The notes under the pieces are model-generated. The model worked only from the letters and a program-made list of their open reading frames with translations, was not told where the DNA came from and searched no databases. The position numbers and the translations under genes are program-made. From Candidatus Aenigmatarchaeota archaeon (GTDB lineage: Archaea; EX4484-52): a stretch of 22,677 nt of DNA. Position 1 is the stretch's first letter. Each line of letters begins with the position of its first letter. The stretch lies in the NCBI GenBank assembly GCA_023137195.1, contig JAGLPV010000013.1, positions 1 to 22,677 of the forward strand, given 5' to 3'. Shown here piece after piece: positions 17,497 to 22,677 of this stretch.

Positions 17497-17820
17497 TTAA
17501 CTGTATTCTCTCCATGTCTGTTTGCATTTTGTGCATCTATAGAATCTTGTTTCCGGTTCGTCCGAAGAACGAGTTTGTTGGCTCCACCAGTAGGCTTCCT
17601 TGTTGCCGCATCTTTCGCATTTTTTCTTGATTTTAGGAAGAGATTCAGAATCACTATCTGCCTTAAGAATTGCAGGTTTTTCATTATGAATCACTTCTTT
17701 TAAGATGCAATTGCTTTTTTCTGCTTTTTTCTCTATTTTGCATGTTTTACATACAAAATATAAACCTTCTTTTTTTCTTTCAGGAATCATTAAATTTCCG
17801 CATTTTTCACACATTTTCAT
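17497..17820 (-). CDS. tfs: Transcription factor S (TFS / RpoM-like)
   Basis: Two zinc ribbons (CEKC...CKTC; CERC...CTKC) and catalytic QTRSSDEPETRFY. SD AGGTGA upstream. Confidence 0.95.
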   Translation of the reverse strand: MKMCEKCGNLMIPERKKEGLYFVCKTCKIEKKAEKSNCILKEVIHNEKPAILKADSDSESLPKIKKKCERCGNKEAYWWSQQTRSSDEPETRFYRCTKCKQTWREYS

Positions 17821-17828
17821 TTTTTCAC

Positions 17829-18317
17829 CTATTCTTCTTTATTTATATATTTATGGTCATAAAGCACATGGCATTTTTCCATTTTTCTGCCGGTTGCTAA
17901 ATTAAACAATATTATTCTCGGGTAGCCCAGACCAGGAATCCTTAAAACTTTTTTCCCTTTTATTTCTTCAAAGCTTGTAGTCCAGCTGTCTTTGGCATAA
18001 TTATTATCTCCCCAGGTAATTATTTTGTCACCTTTTATATCCCATACACGGTGCACTATCAGTTTATCGAAGGTCTTTTGATAATAAACAACGACATCTC
18101 CATCCGCGCCTGTATTTATTTCACTGATATTATCAATTCCTTTAAGTACGAGTAAATCTCCAACATTGAGTTCAGGGTACATTGAACAGGAAACAACAGT
18201 TACCAATGGAGTAGGTGTATTTAAGGCAAAGCCAATGCCATTATAAAACAGGAAAGCAAATACTACACCTAAAATTATGCTTACGAGATTATCCATGAAT
18301 TCTGCCTTTAAACCCAT
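17829..18317 (-). CDS. Signal peptidase I, archaeal Sec11/S26B type
   Basis: N-terminal TM, VVSCSMYPEL (Ser nucleophile), GDVVVY, IVHRV, TWGDNN..KD. Confidence 0.9.
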   Translation of the reverse strand: MGLKAEFMDNLVSIILGVVFAFLFYNGIGFALNTPTPLVTVVSCSMYPELNVGDLLVLKGIDNISEINTGADGDVVVYYQKTFDKLIVHRVWDIKGDKIITWGDNNYAKDSWTTSFEEIKGKKVLRIPGLGYPRIILFNLATGRKMEKCHVLYDHKYINKEE

Positions 18318-18408
18318 ATTCTTTTAAAATATATTAAATCACAAAAACAAGAAACTTTAAAAACATATTTAAATGTTCTTGTGTTGTTAAAATACGAGAG
18401 ACAAGAAT

Positions 18409-19611
18409 ATGTTCAATACGTTTAACCTTAAAGAGAAATATGACTGCATTGTAATCGGTGCAGGTCCCGGCGGTTCAAGACTGGCGGAATTATGCTCTCA
18501 GAAAGGACTTGATGTTTTACTCCTTGAAAAAAGACCGGAAATCGGCGCTCCAAAAAGATGCGGTGAAGGGATGGAAAAAAAAGACCTGTTGGACATGGGT
18601 TTTGGAGAAGATGAAAAATTCATGACCAATACAATTACAAGGGATTCTTTAGTATACACTCCTGGCGGGCAGGCAATTACACTTCCTGTAAAAAATAAGA
18701 GGGGTTGTATTATAGAGAGGAAATTATTTGACAAGGAAATGGCTTCCCGCGCAGCTTTGGCAGGCGCAAAAATAATAACGAATGCGGATGTTGTTGATTT
18801 AATAAAGGAAAATGGCTTTGTGCGTGGTGTAGAGGTTGAATACGAAGGAGAAAAAAGGAAAATAAAATCCGGTGTTGTTGTGAGTGCAGAAGGAGTAGAG
18901 GCAAAAAATGCAAAGAAAGCGTTGAACATAGCATTGCCGAAACCAGATGAAATGATGAGTGGCTACCAGTATGAACTTGAAAATATCATTGTGGAGGATT
19001 CCATGCGACTTGAATTTTACATTGGTGTTGATATTGTGCCGGGAGGATACATATGGATATTTCCAAAAGGCAAAAGAAGAGCAAATGTCGGGATAGGCAT
19101 AATATCTAATTGCCAAAAATCAGCAAAATATTATCTTGACAAATGGATTGAAACAAAAGCCAATATAAGATGCGGTTCTGTCCTGGAAGAAAACGCAGGG
19201 GCAATTCCTGTCGGAGGGTTCCTTAAAAAAATGACTGCAAATGGTTTTTTGGCTATAGGCGATGCTGCACGGCAGGTTCATCCTATTCATGGAGGAGGTT
19301 TGTATGAATCAACTTATGCCGCAAAAATAGCGGCAGAAGTAATTAACGAGGCAAAAATAGCTGATGATTATTCAGACAGGATTCTTGATAAATACAATAA
19401 GATGTGGTGGGCGAAAAGAGGAAATAAACTTTTGAGAGTAAATAAACTAAAAAAAATATTTCAAAGGATGTCTGATGATGATTTAAACAGCATATTTAAG
19501 CTGATTAATGAAAAGAAAATATATTCTTTGATTGGAGGCAATTTAGATGAATTTTCCCATCTTATTTTAAAAATACCAAAATTTATTAAGTTTACCAAAT
19601 ATATAATTTAA
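18409..19611 (+). CDS. Geranylgeranyl reductase family (DGGR-like), paralog 1
   Basis: VIGAGPGG, EKRPEIGAPKRCGEG, PGGYIWIFPKG, ANVGIG, GDAARQVHPIHGGG. Confidence 0.92.
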   Translation: MFNTFNLKEKYDCIVIGAGPGGSRLAELCSQKGLDVLLLEKRPEIGAPKRCGEGMEKKDLLDMGFGEDEKFMTNTITRDSLVYTPGGQAITLPVKNKRGCIIERKLFDKEMASRAALAGAKIITNADVVDLIKENGFVRGVEVEYEGEKRKIKSGVVVSAEGVEAKNAKKALNIALPKPDEMMSGYQYELENIIVEDSMRLEFYIGVDIVPGGYIWIFPKGKRRANVGIGIISNCQKSAKYYLDKWIETKANIRCGSVLEENAGAIPVGGFLKKMTANGFLAIGDAARQVHPIHGGGLYESTYAAKIAAEVINEAKIADDYSDRILDKYNKMWWAKRGNKLLRVNKLKKIFQRMSDDDLNSIFKLINEKKIYSLIGGNLDEFSHLILKIPKFIKFTKYII

Positions 19612-19613
19612 AT

Positions 19614-20819
19614 ATGTCAATTATCTCTAATATAAGCGAAAAATATGACTGCGTTATAATCGGTGCAGGTCCCGGCGGTTCAAGACTGGCAGAATTATGC
19701 GCTCAAAAAGGTCTTGATGTTCTGGTCCTAGAAAAAAGACAGGAAATCGGCGTTCCAAAAAGATGCGCCGAAGGAATCGGAGAAATGCATCTTAAAGAAG
19801 TTGGTTTTAATGGCAAGGAGAGGTTCATTGCAAATACGATATTGAATGGATCTATTTTATATGCGCCGGACGGACAACCGATTGCACTGCCGCCAAAAAA
19901 AGAGATAGGATATATTTTAGAGAGAAAGTTGTTTGACAAGGAATTGGCATCCAGGGCTGCTCTTGCCGGTGCAAAAATAATAGTAAATGCAGAAGTTCTT
20001 AATCTGATAAAAAATGATGATGATTTTGTCTGTGGCGTTGAATTGGACTATTGCGGGGAAAAACATAGTATAAAATCAGACCTTGTTGTCAGTGCAGAAG
20101 GAGTTGAAGCTAAAATTGCAAGAAGCATTCTGAATATAGCAGTACCAAGACCGGATGAAGTTATGAGCGGATATCAATACGAACTGGAAAATATAAGTAT
20201 GGAGGATTCCTCAAGGCTTGAATTTTATCTTGGACCGAAAATGGTTCCCGGCGGGTATATATGGATATTTCCAAAAGGCAAAAGAAGAGCAAATGTCGGG
20301 ATAGGCATAATATCCAATTGCCAAAAATCAGCAAAATATTATCTTGATGCATGGATCAACACAAAAAGCAATTTAAAAAATGGCTCTGTCCTGGAGGAAA
20401 ATGCAGGGGCAATTCCTGTCGGAGGTTTCCTGAAAAAAATGACTGCGAATGGTTTTTTAGCAGTAGGAGATGCTGCCCGGCAGGTTCATCCTATTCATGG
20501 AGGGGGCTTGTACGAATCAACTCATGCTGCAAAAATAGCGGCAGAAGTAATCCACGAGGCAAAAATAGCAGGGGATTATTCAGATAAGATGCTTGATAAA
20601 TATAATAAGATGTGGTGGTTGAAAAGAGGAAATGAACTGTTAAGAGTAAATAAGATAAAGACTGTGGCTCAAAAGATGTCTGATGAAGAAATGAACCTGT
20701 TCTTTTCTTGTTTTAGAAATACAGACATTTCTGCTCTTGTTGGTGGGAACCTGTCTGAAATTTCCAAATTGCTTTTAAAAATACCAAGACTTATTAAGTT
20801 TAGTAAATATTTAATTTAA
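19614..20819 (+). CDS. Geranylgeranyl reductase family (DGGR-like), paralog 2
   Basis: IIGAGPGG, EKRQEIGVPKRCAEG, PGGYIWIFPKG, GDAARQVHPIHGGG. Tandem paralog of the preceding gene. Confidence 0.92.
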   Translation: MSIISNISEKYDCVIIGAGPGGSRLAELCAQKGLDVLVLEKRQEIGVPKRCAEGIGEMHLKEVGFNGKERFIANTILNGSILYAPDGQPIALPPKKEIGYILERKLFDKELASRAALAGAKIIVNAEVLNLIKNDDDFVCGVELDYCGEKHSIKSDLVVSAEGVEAKIARSILNIAVPRPDEVMSGYQYELENISMEDSSRLEFYLGPKMVPGGYIWIFPKGKRRANVGIGIISNCQKSAKYYLDAWINTKSNLKNGSVLEENAGAIPVGGFLKKMTANGFLAVGDAARQVHPIHGGGLYESTHAAKIAAEVIHEAKIAGDYSDKMLDKYNKMWWLKRGNELLRVNKIKTVAQKMSDEEMNLFFSCFRNTDISALVGGNLSEISKLLLKIPRLIKFSKYLI

Positions 20820-20834
20820 TCTATAAAAGATAAT

Positions 20835-21542
20835 ATGGATGCAGTAGTAAATCATATCGGAATCATAATGGACGGAAACAGAAGATATGCTAAAACACAT
20901 TCCAGTAAATTGTTTGATGGATATTTGAAAGGAGCTAAAAAAGCAGAAGATATCGTCAAATGGTGCAGTGAAGAAAATATAAAAGAAGTTACGCTTTACA
21001 CGTTTTCTCTTGAAAATGCATTTAATCGTTCGTTTGCTGAAAAAAAAATTCTTGAAAAATTATTCCAGACAACATTTAACAGTCTGCTCAAGAACAAAAA
21101 TCTAAATGAAAATGATATAAGAATTAGATTTATCGGGAGGAGGTCTGTTTTTGAAAAAGGTTTGGTTGAGGTAATAGAAAAACTGGAAAAGGCGACGGAA
21201 AACCACAAAAAAATTATTGTAAATCTTGCTTTCTATTATGGTGGCAGGGGAGAAATAGTAGATGCATTTAAAAAAATACTTGAAGATGTGGATTCAGGTG
21301 CATTGAACAAGGATGATATTGATGAGGATACAATAAAGAAATATACTTATCTAGACAAAAGCAGTTATCCTGAAATTGTACTTAGGACCGGTCATGTTTC
21401 TCGCCTGAGCAATTTTCTTTTATGGCATTCGGCATATAGTGAACTGTATTTTATTGATAAATTATGGCCTGAAATTGAAAAACAGGATTTGCTTGATATT
21501 ATTGAAAAATATAAAACTACCAAGAAAAATTTCGGAGAGTAA
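20835..21542 (+). CDS. uppS: cis-prenyltransferase (polyprenyl diphosphate synthase)
   Basis: HIGIIMDGNRRYA, TLYTFSLEN, YGGRGEIVDA, LRTG...RLSNFLLW.SAYSELYF...WPE, C-terminal NFG. Confidence 0.95.
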   Translation: MDAVVNHIGIIMDGNRRYAKTHSSKLFDGYLKGAKKAEDIVKWCSEENIKEVTLYTFSLENAFNRSFAEKKILEKLFQTTFNSLLKNKNLNENDIRIRFIGRRSVFEKGLVEVIEKLEKATENHKKIIVNLAFYYGGRGEIVDAFKKILEDVDSGALNKDDIDEDTIKKYTYLDKSSYPEIVLRTGHVSRLSNFLLWHSAYSELYFIDKLWPEIEKQDLLDIIEKYKTTKKNFGE

Positions 21543-21551
21543 AATAGATAT

Positions 21552-21860
21552 ATGGAATTCGGAATAAAACTGGTGGTGACTACCGTGGTTTTACTTATCA
21601 TTGCTTTGGCTGTTGTAGCAATATATTCTGATAATCTATTGGATTTTTCAGACAGTACAAGAGATACAGATGATAAAACGGCAGATGGAATTTTAAGGGA
21701 GAGTTGTAGGATGGCGCACGGAGGTTATTATTATCTTGTAAAAGATGATGGAGATGGAGCTTGTGGGAATTCTGATTGTTCTCCTCAAATAAATGTAGCG
21801 GATGCTGACTGTGATCCTCCTGCGAATGGAGGTACAACGTGTTGCTGCAAATGCAAATAA
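21552..21860 (+). CDS. Small membrane-anchored 8-Cys pilin-like protein 1
   Basis: MEFGIKLVVTTVVLLIIALAVVAIYS hydrophobic helix; C-x3-HG...C...C...DC...CCCKC. Confidence 0.7.
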   Translation: MEFGIKLVVTTVVLLIIALAVVAIYSDNLLDFSDSTRDTDDKTADGILRESCRMAHGGYYYLVKDDGDGACGNSDCSPQINVADADCDPPANGGTTCCCKCK

Positions 21861-21866
21861 ATAAAT

Positions 21867-22193
21867 ATGGATGAAGGAGTAAAGCTTGTTGTCAAGATTA
21901 TGGTTGCTTTGATTATAGCTTTTGGAGTGATATATGTATTCTCTGAAAGAATACTGGGAGTAAATGAAAAGATTCTTGAGCCGACAGAAAGAGATTCTTC
22001 TAGTGCTATCTCAACTTCGTTATGCAAGATTTTTCATGGGAATAAAGAATTTCCTGTAACTGGCGACACAAGCGGAACTTGTGATGATGGCGACTGTGGT
22101 TCTCGTATTTTTGTAAGTACTCCAACAGACTGCATCAATGTAAATGGAGATGGTGCCACTACAGCAGATAAATGTTGTTGTAAATGCGAATAA
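21867..22193 (+). CDS. Small membrane-anchored 8-Cys pilin-like protein 2
   Basis: MDEGVKLVVKIMVALIIAFGVIYVFSERI; same 8-Cys pattern ending CCCKCE. Confidence 0.7.
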   Translation: MDEGVKLVVKIMVALIIAFGVIYVFSERILGVNEKILEPTERDSSSAISTSLCKIFHGNKEFPVTGDTSGTCDDGDCGSRIFVSTPTDCINVNGDGATTADKCCCKCE

Positions 22194-22224
22194 ATATAAA
22201 TAGTTATTTGATTTATAATTGGAT

Positions 22225-22530
22225 ATGGATGAAGGAGTAAAGCTTGTTGTCAAGATTATGGTTGCTTTGATTATAGCTTTTGGAGTAATATATGTATTTT
22301 CTGAAAGAATACAGGGAACAAATGATAATATTCTTAAGCCGACGGAAGAGAGTTCGGGGAAAACTATTTCCAGTCAGTTGTGTAAGGTTCTTCATGGAGA
22401 TGGGGGATTTGTTGTTGTAAAGGATGTGGCTTGTGACACCACTTGCACAAATAAAAAATATTTGGAGGCTACTGATTGTGATGCTACAGCCATGGGTAGT
22501 GATTGTTGTTGTAGGTGTATAGATGCTTAA
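22225..22530 (+). CDS. Small membrane-anchored 8-Cys pilin-like protein 3
   Basis: First 29 aa identical to protein 2; ends CCCRCIDA. ATG at 22225. Confidence 0.7.
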   Translation: MDEGVKLVVKIMVALIIAFGVIYVFSERIQGTNDNILKPTEESSGKTISSQLCKVLHGDGGFVVVKDVACDTTCTNKKYLEATDCDATAMGSDCCCRCIDA

Positions 22531-22531
22531 A

Positions 22532-22606
22532 GGTCCGGTGGTCTAGTGGTATGACGTCGCCTTGACGTGGCGAAGGTCCCCGGTTCAAATCCGGGATGGC
22601 TCACCA
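22532..22606 (+). tRNA. tRNA-Val (GAC) with mispaired acceptor stem
   Basis: D, anticodon (TCGCC TT GAC GT GGCGA) and T arms are canonical, with A73 and encoded CCA. Acceptor strands GGTCCGG / ATGGCTC pair poorly. Confidence 0.85.
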
Positions 22607-22609
22607 AAT

Positions 22610-22677
22610 GCTCCTGTAGTGTAGTCCGGTCAATCATTCGGGACTCTCACTCCCGTGACCCGGGTTCAAATCCCGGC
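22610..22677 (+). tRNA. tRNA-Glu (CTC), truncated by window end
   Basis: GCTCCTG TA GTGTAGTCCGGTCAATCAT T CGGGA CT CTC AC TCCCG TGAC CCGGG TTCAAAT CCCGG C... Confidence 0.93.

Noticed and set aside
18170-18205. Signal peptidase motif SCSM instead of SGSM
   Set aside because: The catalytic Ser, His and Asp motifs are retained; a single substitution is not enough to claim altered function.

Overview
AT-rich archaeal chromosome segment, probably from a DPANN-type lineage (inferred from archaeal aIF-1A, TFS, SepRS, GGRs, Sec11, TATA boxes about 20-27 nt before ATGs, and Cys-rich surface proteins). From left to right: a partial MDR-family oxidoreductase; a sulfur/Fe-S cluster (ArsR regulator, DUF1858, minimal sufC/sufB 'SMS' system, asd, a broken TauE/SafE transporter, sufS); a Yip1/Cys-rich membrane protein; a translation block (aIF-1A, tRNA-Pro, an unannotated 29-aa bS22/eS32-like basic peptide, a Trbp111-like protein, sepS overlapping its own tRNA-Cys); a surface protein; an HTH protein; valS; a nucleotide-sugar dehydrogenase; TFS; signal peptidase; two tandem geranylgeranyl reductases plus uppS; three constant-N/variable-C 8-Cys pilin-like genes; tRNA-Val with a broken acceptor stem; and a truncated tRNA-Glu. 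The strongest hidden signal is a 699-bp integron-like gene cassette (lipoprotein gene, own TATA box, attC-like foldback). It is inserted at a G|T crossover inside the TauE/SafE gene, and removing it restores the reading frame at the insertion site exactly. All family calls come from motif recognition; no database searches were run.
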